Counted from the first letter of the stretch, positions 36,392-46,764 are shown. The stretch is 64,000 bases of DNA from an uncultured Pseudomonadota bacterium (GCA_964429275.1 CAYSBJ010000001.1:389776-453775), one strand, 5' to 3'. Program-made: numbers and translations. The notes: generated from the letters alone by a model not told the origin.

Positions 36392-37465
36392 CTACTTGGC
36401 TGGTACAACAGTCGGTTTAGCCGGAATTATTCCTGAAGTGGCAGGAGCTGGTATTGGCATTGGTGTTACCGAAGGAACAGGTATGACTGCTGGTGCCTTT
36501 GGTAATGATGGCATAGTGGTTGGCATTATTGGTGCGATTGGTGTGATAGGAGCCGTTGGTGTCGTAGGCGAAATTGGCGCAATAGGCTGGATTGTCATTG
36601 GTGTAGGAGTTGCTACCGGTGCCGGGATTGCGGGCGAGATTGGTGCTGTTGGTGTCATTGGTGCCGGAGTTATAGGCTTAATTGGTTCAATCGGCTTAAT
36701 TGGTTCAATCGGTTTAATTGGTTCGATCGGTTTAATTGGTTCGATCGGTTTAATTGGTTCAATCGGTTTAATTGGAGCAGGAGCTGTTATTGGAGCAGGG
36801 GTCGGCATTGGTACAATTGGTGTTGTAACTGGTGTTGCTGCAAGGGCGGAGGTCGCCTGAGGTGCTGCTGTGATAACAGATTCTTCAGTGTTTAGGTTAT
36901 ACGCCTTGGCTAATTCATCAAATCCACTGGTTTCTTCAGTTTTTGGTTGAGGCGTTGGGTCATCCGTTTTTTTAGCATGCCTTGCTGTCATGCGAGGGCG
37001 AGGTACATATGCAAGTGGCGCGCGCGCCCGGCGGCGTTGATGCTCAATCGTTCCTTCTTTAAGTGTTTGGAGGTACTGCTCTAAGGCGTTGATTGCTTCT
37101 TGGCAGTCATTTAAGTGTTCTTGTGGGTCGCTGAAGCGGGTAGCGCTCAACACCTTAATAAGCTTGCTTTTGACCGGCTTGCGGATTTGATCAAGGTTAT
37201 AGGGCAGTGATGCGTCAAAGTCTGGAATAACCGATGTTTGTTCAATTTCTTCTGTGCGTTGCTTAAGCATGTCGAGAAAGTCGTATGCTCGCATTAATTC
37301 TTCTGTTGTTTGTTTGAGTAATGACTCGGTGTCACCATACTCCTGCACCGTTTCAGCGTTGGCTTCTACCATGGTGTTATCCATGGCAAGGAGCCTGCAC
37401 TGCGCACTTGGTGCGATTGGCAGGAGTATAGTGACGATCAAGAGGAGTAGGTTTTTGCTATTCAT
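36392..37465 (-). CDS. Exported coiled-coil protein with a long Pro/Thr/Ile-rich tail
   Basis: Signal MNSKNLLLLIVTILLPIAPSA; helical region; (PIKPIE)n and P-rich C-terminus. Confidence 0.8.
   Translation of the reverse strand: MNSKNLLLLIVTILLPIAPSAQCRLLAMDNTMVEANAETVQEYGDTESLLKQTTEELMRAYDFLDMLKQRTEEIEQTSVIPDFDASLPYNLDQIRKPVKSKLIKVLSATRFSDPQEHLNDCQEAINALEQYLQTLKEGTIEHQRRRARAPLAYVPRPRMTARHAKKTDDPTPQPKTEETSGFDELAKAYNLNTEESVITAAPQATSALAATPVTTPIVPMPTPAPITAPAPIKPIEPIKPIEPIKPIEPIKPIEPIKPIEPIKPITPAPMTPTAPISPAIPAPVATPTPMTIQPIAPISPTTPTAPITPIAPIMPTTMPSLPKAPAVIPVPSVTPMPIPAPATSGIIPAKPTVVPAK
36675..36775. repeat. 18-bp tandem repeat, about 5.6 copies (PIKPIE)
   Basis: gg(c/t)ttaattggttc(a/g)atc units. 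Confidence 0.95.
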
Positions 37466-37620
37466 CGAAATATTCCTTATTGTTTTGCCACGTATGCATA
37501 TTTCAGTATGAATTAATAATAGCAGGGTCGTGGTTGGCAAAGTCAATGGTTTTTTCTTTTGAAATGATATGTTTTTGTTTTCTCCTGTGGTATAGTTCCG
37601 GCCTTTTAAGAGGAAAACTT

Positions 37621-38820
37621 ATGAAAAAAATATTTTGTTCGCTGCCGGTGCAGTTGCTTGGCGCAATATTTGCTGCTTTTGCCTTGAATACATTTGTGTG
37701 CAACCAAACGGTACGAGTTTTCTTTACCGCAAGCTCGCTTATTAAAGAAGTGCTGGAGTTTTGTTTACCTGCCGTTGTTTTCTTTTTTGTCGCCAGTGGC
37801 ATTGGCGCCTTTGCCAAAAATTCTCTTGCTATGATTTTGCTACTTCTCTCGATGGTTACCATCTCTAATGGGTTGACCGGATTGTATACGTATGGATTTG
37901 GTATGTTTGCGGTACACGCATTGTCGCGCAACCAAGCACAGGGTTTTGCGGTGCAATCAAGTGAGTTAACTTCGTTTTATTCATTGCATTTGCCGTCTCC
38001 TATTCCTTCTGACAAAGCAATGTTGGTGGCGTTGGCGGTCGGATGCCTTTTAACCTTTATCTCGCTTCCGTTGCTGTCACAGTTTGTTGCAACCGGCAAA
38101 CGGCTTATTGAGCGCGGCCTTGGGTTGTTTTTTATTCCAATATTACCGCTCTATGTTTTTGGATTTTTCCTTAAAATGATGCGCGAGTTGCCGGTTTCGC
38201 AATTGTTCAGTGCATACGGGGCTGTGTTTGGGTTAAGTATTGTTATGCAGGTTTTATGGCTTGCTATTGCGTATTTACTGGCAAATCTTGGTTCAATCAA
38301 GGAGGCTGTTGCTTCCTGGGTCGTTGCTATGCCGAGTTATTTGACGGCCCTCGGGACCATGTCGAGCGTTGCTACGTTACCTGTAAGTGTAGTGTGCGCT
38401 GAGAAAAACACGAAAAACAAAGCACTTTCTCATTTTGCGATGCCTATTTTGGCTAACATTCATTTGATGGGGGATGCGGTGTGTACGCCGTTGTTTGCTC
38501 TGGCGACCATGAAGTTGTTCTTTGGCACTTTGCCCTCCTTTACAACCTACCTTGTTTTTGTTGGATATCTCTGCCTCACGATGCTAGCCGTTTCCGGCAT
38601 TCCTGGCGGCGGTATCATTGTTATGTTGCCGTTGCTTAAGTCATTGTTCGGGTTTACTCCCGAGATGCTGAGTGTTATGACCGCGTTGTATTTGTTGCAG
38701 GATGGTTTTGGTACAGCGGCCAACGTTATGGGGGACGGAGCATTGGTAATTGGATTGAATCGCATAAGTTTACTATTTAGAAGGGAGAAACCCGTACATG
38801 GCTCAGCACGAAGAAAATAA
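37621..38820 (+). CDS. Dicarboxylate/amino acid:cation symporter (SDF/DAACS family)
   Basis: TMSSVATLP, ANIHLMGD, GIPGGG, DGFGTAANVMGDG. Confidence 0.9.
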   Translation: MKKIFCSLPVQLLGAIFAAFALNTFVCNQTVRVFFTASSLIKEVLEFCLPAVVFFFVASGIGAFAKNSLAMILLLLSMVTISNGLTGLYTYGFGMFAVHALSRNQAQGFAVQSSELTSFYSLHLPSPIPSDKAMLVALAVGCLLTFISLPLLSQFVATGKRLIERGLGLFFIPILPLYVFGFFLKMMRELPVSQLFSAYGAVFGLSIVMQVLWLAIAYLLANLGSIKEAVASWVVAMPSYLTALGTMSSVATLPVSVVCAEKNTKNKALSHFAMPILANIHLMGDAVCTPLFALATMKLFFGTLPSFTTYLVFVGYLCLTMLAVSGIPGGGIIVMLPLLKSLFGFTPEMLSVMTALYLLQDGFGTAANVMGDGALVIGLNRISLLFRREKPVHGSARRK

Positions 38821-39994
38821 AATAGGGCTTTTTGCCGCAACGGTTATTGGGGTGAATGCAATGATCGGCGCTGGTATTTTTGCTATGCCGGCGAAGTTAG
38901 CGTATACCGTTGGACTTGCGAGTGTTTTTTCTTATGTCATCAGTGGGCTCCTTGTGTTGGCTCTTGTTTTTGGGCTTGGACGGCTTGCTGTGTTGTATCC
39001 TGGCGACGCCTGGGGATATCGCTATCCAGCATTATGGGGTGGTCATGCTGTTGGGATGCTTTCTTCGCTTGGATATGTAGGTGGTGTGATTGTTGCTATG
39101 GGCTTTTTGGTTCAGCAGCTTGGTGTATGGCTGGCACCATTTTTGTCGTATAACCCCCTGACAATAGGGTTGGTATTGCTCGCTATTATTGTTGCCCTTG
39201 TGCTGGCAGGTGCAGAAGTTTCCTCCTGGGGGCAATATGTTATTGCGGCCTGCGTGCTCGTGCCGATGGTGGTAGCAAGTTGCGTCTGTCTTCTTTACAC
39301 GAAGGCAGCATTGATAACTCCAGTTGCTCCGTATGGCTATGGTGCCGTGGTTACTGCTTTGCCCACGATATTATTTTCATTACTCGGGTTTGAAAGCATT
39401 TCCTCTCTCTACGGTATTGTGGCTAATCCGCAGCGTAATGTGCCTCGTGCAGCGTTATATGCAGTGGCGATCGTAGTGGGGATGTTCGCACTATTTATTG
39501 GGAGCTCTCTTGCTGCTATTGATAAATCATTCTTTGTGGGCGGAGTTAACTGTCCATTTTCAACTGCTATTGTGGCGGCACTGCCTCAGTATTCTTGGCT
39601 TGCATGGGTGACCTCAATCGGTGCTTTTTTTGCTATTTTTGGGACGCTCCATTCGATGACATGGTCCGTAGCAGAGCTTTTCCTTGATGTCATGCGCAAG
39701 TCGCGTGGCTGTCTAATCAAGGGATGCTTTGCAAATAACCTTCTGAATGCAAAGGCGTCGGTATTGTTTGTGGGAATTACGACTGGACTGAGTGCGTTCT
39801 TCCTTGAGGCAGATGTTATATTGATTGTCGTTGTTTTCTTTATATCTCTTGCCTATTTATTGTCCGTGATGGCATTGCTCTTTAATCGTTTGACCTGGAA
39901 GTCCTTGGGGACTGCTTGTATTGCTCTGAGTGCCAATGCAGCTGCGCTGTGGTTATTTTACCTGACGCTTTGTCAGGTGATTACACTGCTTTAA
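38798..39994 (+). CDS. APC-family amino acid permease
   Basis: KIGLF.AT..GVNAMIGAGIFAMP, LGFES, NPQRNVPRA. Confidence 0.9.
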   Translation: MAQHEENKIGLFAATVIGVNAMIGAGIFAMPAKLAYTVGLASVFSYVISGLLVLALVFGLGRLAVLYPGDAWGYRYPALWGGHAVGMLSSLGYVGGVIVAMGFLVQQLGVWLAPFLSYNPLTIGLVLLAIIVALVLAGAEVSSWGQYVIAACVLVPMVVASCVCLLYTKAALITPVAPYGYGAVVTALPTILFSLLGFESISSLYGIVANPQRNVPRAALYAVAIVVGMFALFIGSSLAAIDKSFFVGGVNCPFSTAIVAALPQYSWLAWVTSIGAFFAIFGTLHSMTWSVAELFLDVMRKSRGCLIKGCFANNLLNAKASVLFVGITTGLSAFFLEADVILIVVVFFISLAYLLSVMALLFNRLTWKSLGTACIALSANAAALWLFYLTLCQVITLL

Positions 39995-40092
39995 CCGTGC
40001 ATGCTTGACCCTGCATTCTTCATAGTGCTATACACGTGACAGATATAGTTTTCGGTCGGTTACCAGGGTTGGTCTGAGGAGGTAGTGAGAAT

Positions 40093-41517
40093 ATGATGCA
40101 AAAGGGTCTTCGGTTTTGTGTTGTTTTTATTGGGTATGTGACTGTTCTTGCCTCATTGCAGGCAAGCAGTATCGTTTCTTTTTCTGATCCGGTGCCGCTT
40201 TTTTCTGTGTACGGGGAAGGGCGCCCAAGTTTGCCTACAAGGAAAAGTCAGCTTTCTTTGTCAGTATTGCCGTATTACCAGTATGCACGACATGCACGTG
40301 ATGCAAATAATACGCAAACTGAGCTTGGCAATCGTCTTGGCCGTCTTAATATGCTGGGGTTGTTGATTTGCCGGGATGAGGTGACAACTGATTTTCCTTT
40401 TAGCGATATTCATGCGAATACCGCACTGAACGAGGCATATTCTGCTTTTGCTGATGAAGTAAGCCATTCGTCTGGGGCAACTGCGACATTATATGAATCT
40501 TTCTTCGGACCCAACTATACACCAATTGATCCTGCTGATACGACGCATTACTATTGGGGTAAGTATGACACGAAAATGAGTTTTAGCCGCGTTGGTCTGC
40601 GTGGCTCTATTGACTACAGTTTTTATAATGGTGTTGGCATAGCATTGCGAGGGGGAATTGCGGAATATTCACTCAAAAACCCGATTTACACAGGAAACCC
40701 AATGTATGACCTAACGACCGGTTTGCCATCAAATCATGCATTTGCCGGCTCCCCGGATGCTTTTCTCGGTCTTATTCAGCAGTATTTGATGAGCCCCGGA
40801 GCGCGGGATACGATTGGTGCTTCGCTTGGTGTTAACTTTAATGGGGTAAAGAACACCGGCGTCGAAGACGCTACGGTGGAAATTTATTGGCGCAAAGGCT
40901 TTGGTATGAAAGATGCTGAAGGTGATCTTGTTGTAACGGCGACACCACTTGCAGCATTGTCGATGACGTTGCCGACAGCGGAAAAGAAGCCAGTCGGCAA
41001 TTTGTGGGATATTTCATTAGGGTCTGATGGATTTTATGGGGTAACTGGCCAAGCAGAGATAAGTTTTGACTTTCCAGGGACGTTGCATGTTGGCGTTGGG
41101 GGCAGCGGTACTTACTTTAATGAAGATGCTATAGGCAGTCAGTTTGTGCCAACATCAATTTATCAGGTAGGTATATACCCATGGCGGGCAACTGTTACTA
41201 AGCGTCCGGGAGCACTCTGGAAAGCATATGCAACTGTTCGTGCAGTGCGGTTTATTGATAGTCTTAGTTGCTTTGTAAATTATACCTATGTAGCGCATGA
41301 GAAGGATACTATTGCAATTACGGGGGCTAACAGTGCTCAATTTGTCGGAAGTAAATTGGCGGCCGATGGGGCGTATAATGGGCAGATTGGTCAGATTGGT
41401 TTTGAATACGAAGTAACACCGTCATTGCGGTTTGGCTTCACGCTTCAGTCGGTGTTTGCAGGGTCTCGTATCTGGAAAACGACCACATTTGCCGGTTCGT
41501 TGAGCTTTATATATTAA
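40093..41517 (+). CDS. Hypothetical outer-membrane (beta-barrel-like) protein
   Basis: Signal peptide, many amphipathic strands, C-terminal GSLSFIY; GAGGAGG RBS. Confidence 0.65.
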   Translation: MMQKGLRFCVVFIGYVTVLASLQASSIVSFSDPVPLFSVYGEGRPSLPTRKSQLSLSVLPYYQYARHARDANNTQTELGNRLGRLNMLGLLICRDEVTTDFPFSDIHANTALNEAYSAFADEVSHSSGATATLYESFFGPNYTPIDPADTTHYYWGKYDTKMSFSRVGLRGSIDYSFYNGVGIALRGGIAEYSLKNPIYTGNPMYDLTTGLPSNHAFAGSPDAFLGLIQQYLMSPGARDTIGASLGVNFNGVKNTGVEDATVEIYWRKGFGMKDAEGDLVVTATPLAALSMTLPTAEKKPVGNLWDISLGSDGFYGVTGQAEISFDFPGTLHVGVGGSGTYFNEDAIGSQFVPTSIYQVGIYPWRATVTKRPGALWKAYATVRAVRFIDSLSCFVNYTYVAHEKDTIAITGANSAQFVGSKLAADGAYNGQIGQIGFEYEVTPSLRFGFTLQSVFAGSRIWKTTTFAGSLSFIY

Positions 41518-41522
41518 GCTTT

Positions 41523-41551
41523 TTGACAAATCAAGCCTGATGCCGTAGACT
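41523..41551 (+). promoter_or_regulatory. Sigma70 promoter of rpsU-rbfA
   Basis: TTGACA-17 bp-TAGACT. Confidence 0.6.
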
Positions 41552-41630
41552 CTCCCCTACATTGCGTTTTGCATGTTTTTAATGGTTTTCCCTATTTTAT
41601 CTCTTTAAATCAAAAGGTGGTTGGTCAGCT

Positions 41631-41834
41631 ATGGCTAAACGATTTAACATTGAAGTTCAGTCTACAGGTAATATTGAAAGAGCTCTCAGACAACTCAAGA
41701 AGAAAATTGAACGTGAAGGTGTTGTGCGAGATATGAAGCGTCAAGTTTACTTCGAAGCACCAACTCAGAAGCGTCGCAAACGTCTCATGCGCGCTATTAA
41801 AAACAACATTTTGCGCGTTACCAACGAGCAATAA
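41631..41834 (+). CDS. rpsU: 30S ribosomal protein S21
   Basis: NIERALRQLKKKIEREGV..DMKR..YFEAPTQKRRK. Confidence 0.93.
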   Translation: MAKRFNIEVQSTGNIERALRQLKKKIEREGVVRDMKRQVYFEAPTQKRRKRLMRAIKNNILRVTNEQ

Positions 41835-41852
41835 TCAGACGGTTAAAAAATT

Positions 41853-42290
41853 ATGATAATGAGTTCGCGTACACTCCAGGTCAAGCGAGATCGGAAGAAA
41901 TCGTTTTATCTGCGTGAGTTGTCGGCCCTACTTACCCGCTTGGTGCAAGATGAGCCGACCTTGCTGCAACTCTATTTTACTCGAGTTGAACTGTCTGCTG
42001 ATGGCGGCCTTTGTTACGTTTACTGCTCTTTCTTAAATGCGAGTGGTGTAGATGTTGGTAAGGTCTTGTTTGAGACGGCACGTGAAAAGCTAGTGTTGTA
42101 CCGTGGTTCGATGCGTAAGGCGTTGGCTAGTGCCGCTTCTGGTAAATATGTGCCGGATCTCCGATTTTTCTTCGATGAGAGTAAGGAAAAAGAGAAGCGC
42201 GTAACCGACCTTCTGACCAAGGTGGGGAATGAGCTTGAAGAGTACGACGCCAAAAATAGCTCCGCGGTTCACGCAGAGGATGACGAATAA
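41853..42290 (+). CDS. rbfA: Ribosome-binding factor A
   Basis: TRVELSAD...CYVY, MRKALA, KYVPDLRFFFDES. Confidence 0.85.
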   Translation: MIMSSRTLQVKRDRKKSFYLRELSALLTRLVQDEPTLLQLYFTRVELSADGGLCYVYCSFLNASGVDVGKVLFETAREKLVLYRGSMRKALASAASGKYVPDLRFFFDESKEKEKRVTDLLTKVGNELEEYDAKNSSAVHAEDDE

Positions 42291-42297
42291 ACTTTTA

Positions 42298-42325
42298 TAA
42301 AAAGGCGCTTAACGGCGCCTTTTAT
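42298..42325 (+). terminator. Rho-independent terminator after rbfA
   Basis: aaaaggcgc-ttaacg-gcgcctttt. Confidence 0.7.
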
Positions 42326-42441
42326 GTTGTTTGCACAAAGGCATTCGATTGACGATTGATGTATCTTTGTTGCTATCAAGGGGGCTAGTGTACTAGCCTG
42401 ACAATGGCGATATCGTATTTTTTCTAGGGTGACAAACAACT

Positions 42442-44607
42442 ATGAAAACCAGCTACAAAGCACTTATTTTTTTGAGCCTTATGGCGACAGAGATAATTAG
42501 TTCTTCTGCGGATGCGACTATTGCACCACCAAAATCAGTAGAGTTGCCATCGATGGTTTTACCCCTTTCCCTTGCCATGGCGGGTGTTATATGTGGCAGT
42601 GGGGCTTGGTATGTCCGTCGTCGACTGAAAAAAATTAATTTACATGAGCGGGCCTCTGTTGAAGGAATTGCGAGAAGTCGGCGGAATAAAATAGTGGCTG
42701 ATATACTCAGCGTGCTGGCTGCGGCTTCTGTTTCTGGGGCAGTTATTGCTGAAATAGTTCGTCGTCGAAAGACAAACGCTGAAAAAGCAAAAGAAGATCC
42801 TTCGGTAGTTGTTGCTGCAATTGATAAGAATGATGCACGGTGGATTGCTGCCTCTCTTAATCCTGAGCGTCAGCTTGAGTTGCGTAATGGTCAGGCGACT
42901 ACATTACATCCGCTTGGCTATTCGATGCTCCACCATGCGGCGCTTGCTGGCAAGCGTGAGGGTATAACGGCGTTATTGCATAACCAACGTATTATTGATG
43001 AAGTGCTTCTTGAGAGCTCAGATTTTAATGGTTGTACGCCACTTATGCTTGCTTGCAAGGAAGGAAAGTTTGATAACGCAGAGCTTTTTATTGCGCTTGC
43101 GGGAGAGGGAAGTGCGGGAGCAGAAAAGGTTTCGCGGGATGGCAGAAACGCGCTTCACTATTTGGTGAATCACCCAAGTGAGAAGGTGCATCAGCAGGAT
43201 ATAATTGAAGTGGCTAATAGGCTTATTAATAAAGGATGCAATCCAAATGCGCGTATGATAGAACCGGCTGCAGAAAAGTCGAGTGCTGCCTTGTTGGCGC
43301 CATTACCCGGGGACATTAAAAGTTTTGATATGCTCTTGGATCTAAAGAAAATGGAATTTAATGCAGCGACTAAAGTGGCGCGGCAAAGGGTTTTTGATGA
43401 AGCGCGGAGTGTGGTTGTTGCGCAGGAGTTAGATGCTGAGGGAGGGGATACTCCAGGAGCAATTGCTGCGGCACAAGGGTTGGACGACGTGGTTGCGTAT
43501 TTGAATTGGTACAGTGAAGTTAATCTCGAGACCGAAGAGCGAATGCCCAACGGACGAACTGCATTAATGTACGCAGCGAGCTGCGGCGATGACGATGAGG
43601 TGCGAACGCTTATTGCACAAGGTGCTGATGTGACGGCCGTTGATGTGCGTGGGAACAATGCTTTGCACTATGTGGCTGGCCTTGACTGTGGCCGTGAGCC
43701 TTTGCATCGAAAAAACGCAAATGAGTGTTTAGCTGCGGCTTTATTGTTGCTTGAAAAAGGGTGTGATAAGGAGCAGCGGAATCACGATGGTGAGACTCCT
43801 GCTGAAATAGCCGATAGAGTGAGTAATAATCTTATTGCCGATAGAATTCGCCGGCATGTGCCGCCTCTTGTTATAGAGGAGCCGACTCGGGGAGAAGAGG
43901 CGCCGTTGCCAGCAAATCCTGATTCTTTATATACATTGGTTAGAGCCTTGTATCCGGACAGTGGCTTTTTTGCGCAAGAAGCCCTGCTGGTGCCTGATGA
44001 CATTGATGAGTTCGATAGCGATCCGACGCATGACGAATTAGTTCGTGAGGAAACAAGGGCTGCAGTGATAGAAAACGAAAAAAAGGCTAATAGGTTTGAG
44101 ACTGCAGAAGAAACGGCGGAAAATGCTGTTTTCATAAAGGGGCTTAAGCGCTCCTTGCGTCGCTATATCAAATCGCTTATGCCGCGAAAGTCGGCGCTTG
44201 CGCAAGCAGAGCTTACGCGCAAACTTGCTGAGCGCGAGGAGGTGCTTGGTGCAGTAAAGGACCCTGCTCACTTTATGCTTACTCCGCGTGAAATAGAGTA
44301 TCGGGCAAATTGCGCACAAGAACATTTTAAGAAAAGGGCTTTTGCTTTTGAAGGCCTTCTTCGTGATACTGCTGCTCAAATACGGGCTGATGCTGAAAAA
44401 GAACATGGGGCTCCGCTTGTTTCTGCACGAACAATGACGACTGATGTAAGCTCTGTCTCAAGTAGCGAAGATGAGTCGGTTATTCGTGACTTTGGGGTGG
44501 TGCATTCTGTTGAGCTTGATAGCACTGGCGGTGATTCGCTACCAGGTGATTTGTGTCCCCCGCGACTGGTGGATATGTCTGGGGTGTTTCATGAGCCGAC
44601 AACCTAG
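42442..44607 (+). CDS. Exported, membrane-anchored ankyrin-repeat protein
   Basis: Signal peptide, two TM segments with a basic linker; ankyrins GYSMLHHAA, GCTPLMLAC, GRNALHY, GRTALMYAA, GNNALHY, GETPA. Confidence 0.9.
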   Translation: MKTSYKALIFLSLMATEIISSSADATIAPPKSVELPSMVLPLSLAMAGVICGSGAWYVRRRLKKINLHERASVEGIARSRRNKIVADILSVLAAASVSGAVIAEIVRRRKTNAEKAKEDPSVVVAAIDKNDARWIAASLNPERQLELRNGQATTLHPLGYSMLHHAALAGKREGITALLHNQRIIDEVLLESSDFNGCTPLMLACKEGKFDNAELFIALAGEGSAGAEKVSRDGRNALHYLVNHPSEKVHQQDIIEVANRLINKGCNPNARMIEPAAEKSSAALLAPLPGDIKSFDMLLDLKKMEFNAATKVARQRVFDEARSVVVAQELDAEGGDTPGAIAAAQGLDDVVAYLNWYSEVNLETEERMPNGRTALMYAASCGDDDEVRTLIAQGADVTAVDVRGNNALHYVAGLDCGREPLHRKNANECLAAALLLLEKGCDKEQRNHDGETPAEIADRVSNNLIADRIRRHVPPLVIEEPTRGEEAPLPANPDSLYTLVRALYPDSGFFAQEALLVPDDIDEFDSDPTHDELVREETRAAVIENEKKANRFETAEETAENAVFIKGLKRSLRRYIKSLMPRKSALAQAELTRKLAEREEVLGAVKDPAHFMLTPREIEYRANCAQEHFKKRAFAFEGLLRDTAAQIRADAEKEHGAPLVSARTMTTDVSSVSSSEDESVIRDFGVVHSVELDSTGGDSLPGDLCPPRLVDMSGVFHEPTT

Positions 44608-44615
44608 GAAAAATT

Positions 44616-45410
44616 ATGGAAATTGAAATGTTATTGCTTTTTGCCTGCACTGGGTTGCTGTGGGGATCATTTCTCAATATGTGTGGTTATCGTATGTTAT
44701 CGGGTGATTCATTATTGGGCTTGCGGTCGTGTTGTCCGCACTGTAAAACATCTATTGCACCGTATGACTTGATACCGGTTGTCTCGTATGCTGTACTTCG
44801 TGGTCGTTGCCGTAGCTGTGCAAATACTATCTCTATACTGTATCCCGTTATTGAGTTACTCGGTGCTGTTGCGGGCGTTGCGTTGTGGTATGACTTGACT
44901 ACCATGCCGGCTGCTTCGATGAGTGAACTGGTTGGCCGTGGTGTGGTGTATAGCATCGTCCTCAGTGGCTTTATTATTGCCACCCGTACTGACCTTGAAG
45001 CATTGGTTGTGCCGCGTATTGTTATCTGGGGTATGGGGCTGGTTGGTAGTATTGCTGTAGTGGCTGGCGTATTACCGGTGACGGTGCTGGCGAGCTGCAT
45101 AGGCAGTATTGTTGGCTACGGGAGCTTGTGGCTCTTAAATGTATTGTCGGTGCGTGCAACGGGTCGTGAAGGTATTGGCGAGGGTGATATGGAACTGCTG
45201 GCCGTTGTTGGTATATTTTGGGGCCCGATTGGTGTGTGGGCTGTTGCCTTTATGAGCTCAATCCTTGGCGTTGCCTGCGCGCTTATCTATCTTGCGCTGA
45301 CCGGCCAGAGTCGGTACACCCGCATTCCATTTATTCCTTTTATGACTGCCTCTATTATCACCTACCTCTTCTTGCAGCAGGAAATGCTCTGCTGGCTCTG
45401 GGCGGTGTAG
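44616..45410 (+). CDS. pilD: Prepilin peptidase (A24A)
   Basis: GSFLN, SCCPHC, DLIPVVSY..LRGRCRSC, YPVIEL, TD, GIGEGD, IPFIPF. Confidence 0.92.
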   Translation: MEIEMLLLFACTGLLWGSFLNMCGYRMLSGDSLLGLRSCCPHCKTSIAPYDLIPVVSYAVLRGRCRSCANTISILYPVIELLGAVAGVALWYDLTTMPAASMSELVGRGVVYSIVLSGFIIATRTDLEALVVPRIVIWGMGLVGSIAVVAGVLPVTVLASCIGSIVGYGSLWLLNVLSVRATGREGIGEGDMELLAVVGIFWGPIGVWAVAFMSSILGVACALIYLALTGQSRYTRIPFIPFMTASIITYLFLQQEMLCWLWAV

Positions 45411-45633
45411 TCTTATTTTGGTGCAAAAAGCGCCTCGCAGGATTTTTTGATCCGCGCCGCAGTAGATGTGATTGGCAAAGCCGATGTCAAAAAAACATAA
45501 ATGAACTGCCGCTTTCTTGCTCTTGGTTCCTATTGCAAAAAGATTTTTTGGGTATATTCTAATCCGCATCGCTTGATGCGATGACTGTATTTTACAGCCG
45601 GTTTATTATTAAGGTAGTTGAAATGGAATCCCC

Positions 45634-46749
45634 ATGAAGTCGACAGTTATTAAAAATAATAAGAACGCGCATATAAAAGCCCCCGACCGAACCACATTTA
45701 ATACAGAGTCTCCCAAAAAAACGCTATTCTCCTTTGAGTGTCGTGGCCTGTTATTTCAGGTTAACGCACAAAGTCTCAGGCAATCCTTACAAGGCCCAAT
45801 TGTATTCGTGTTTAATCAACACAAGAATGCGTGGGCCTATGATTTTATCTCTGGATTCAAAGCATCTGCTCTTGAATGGATGTCTGAAGGCCAAGAGCCA
45901 GAGTATGATTGTATAGAGGTTGGTGAATCGCAGAATGATTTAGAGGCAAAACTGCATAAAAATCGCTTTTTTAGGCAAGAGAACCCGCATGGCATCTTGC
46001 TGGTGACCATTGGTGATATTGCGAGTGCCAAAGTTGCCCGGTACCGCGCGGCGTATGGTCGCTACGATGTGGCTCAATTGTTTTGCGTCCAAGGTGACCC
46101 AGAAACGTTGGAGCTTGTTGATGAAGGAGGCCGTTTACTGGCCAATACTAATGGCGTATACGGTATTGAGGCTCGCAGCCTCGATACGCAAGTGCGCACA
46201 CTCAAAAGCCTCAGTCCTTGTATCCGCTCTGTTGCTGTTTTAGTAAGCAGTAAAGATACCGACGACTTAGCCTATGAACAGAAGAATCAATCTATACAGA
46301 ACCTTACCAAAGCCTGCCGTAAATACGGTATGAAGGCCACCAAAGTACATTTGCTCAGAGACATGGACGTGGCGACCGATATGAAGCCATTTACCTTTAC
46401 GCACCAGGCCTTTATTGGGGTGCGTGATGACGTTGTCTATGGCAAAGCAAAAGAGCTTGCTGCTTTTTGTGATAAAGAACAGATAGTGTTCATGGCTTCG
46501 GACTTGCCGTCGGTTGCACAAGGAGCTGCGATTGGCTTTGGTACTGCGCCAAAAGCATATGTTGCAGAACTGATTGGCCTTATGGCCGAGCAAAGAGATC
46601 GTCAACTGCCGTTTCATCGCCTTGAGCTTGCCGCACTGGAGGAGTCACCACAGATGCAGTATAACCTGCACGGAGTGCGTCGCCAAGTACGTGATTTGAC
46701 GCAAGAAAAAGATGACTTGCTCAGTATGATGAATATTCAGACGAGTTAA
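45634..46749 (+). CDS. Divergent ABC substrate-binding-like protein (ABC_sub_bind fold), no signal peptide
   Basis: LLVTIG, GDP..LELV, NTNGV, SVAQGAAIGFG; similar by eye to the three downstream paralogs. Confidence 0.65.
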   Translation: MKSTVIKNNKNAHIKAPDRTTFNTESPKKTLFSFECRGLLFQVNAQSLRQSLQGPIVFVFNQHKNAWAYDFISGFKASALEWMSEGQEPEYDCIEVGESQNDLEAKLHKNRFFRQENPHGILLVTIGDIASAKVARYRAAYGRYDVAQLFCVQGDPETLELVDEGGRLLANTNGVYGIEARSLDTQVRTLKSLSPCIRSVAVLVSSKDTDDLAYEQKNQSIQNLTKACRKYGMKATKVHLLRDMDVATDMKPFTFTHQAFIGVRDDVVYGKAKELAAFCDKEQIVFMASDLPSVAQGAAIGFGTAPKAYVAELIGLMAEQRDRQLPFHRLELAALEESPQMQYNLHGVRRQVRDLTQEKDDLLSMMNIQTS

Positions 46750-46764
46750 TAGACTATTGAGGAT

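Noticed and set aside
36396..36860. Gly/Ile-rich ORF on the + strand
   Set aside because: Antisense mirror of the Pro-rich tail; no RBS; the minus-strand gene has a signal peptide and full length
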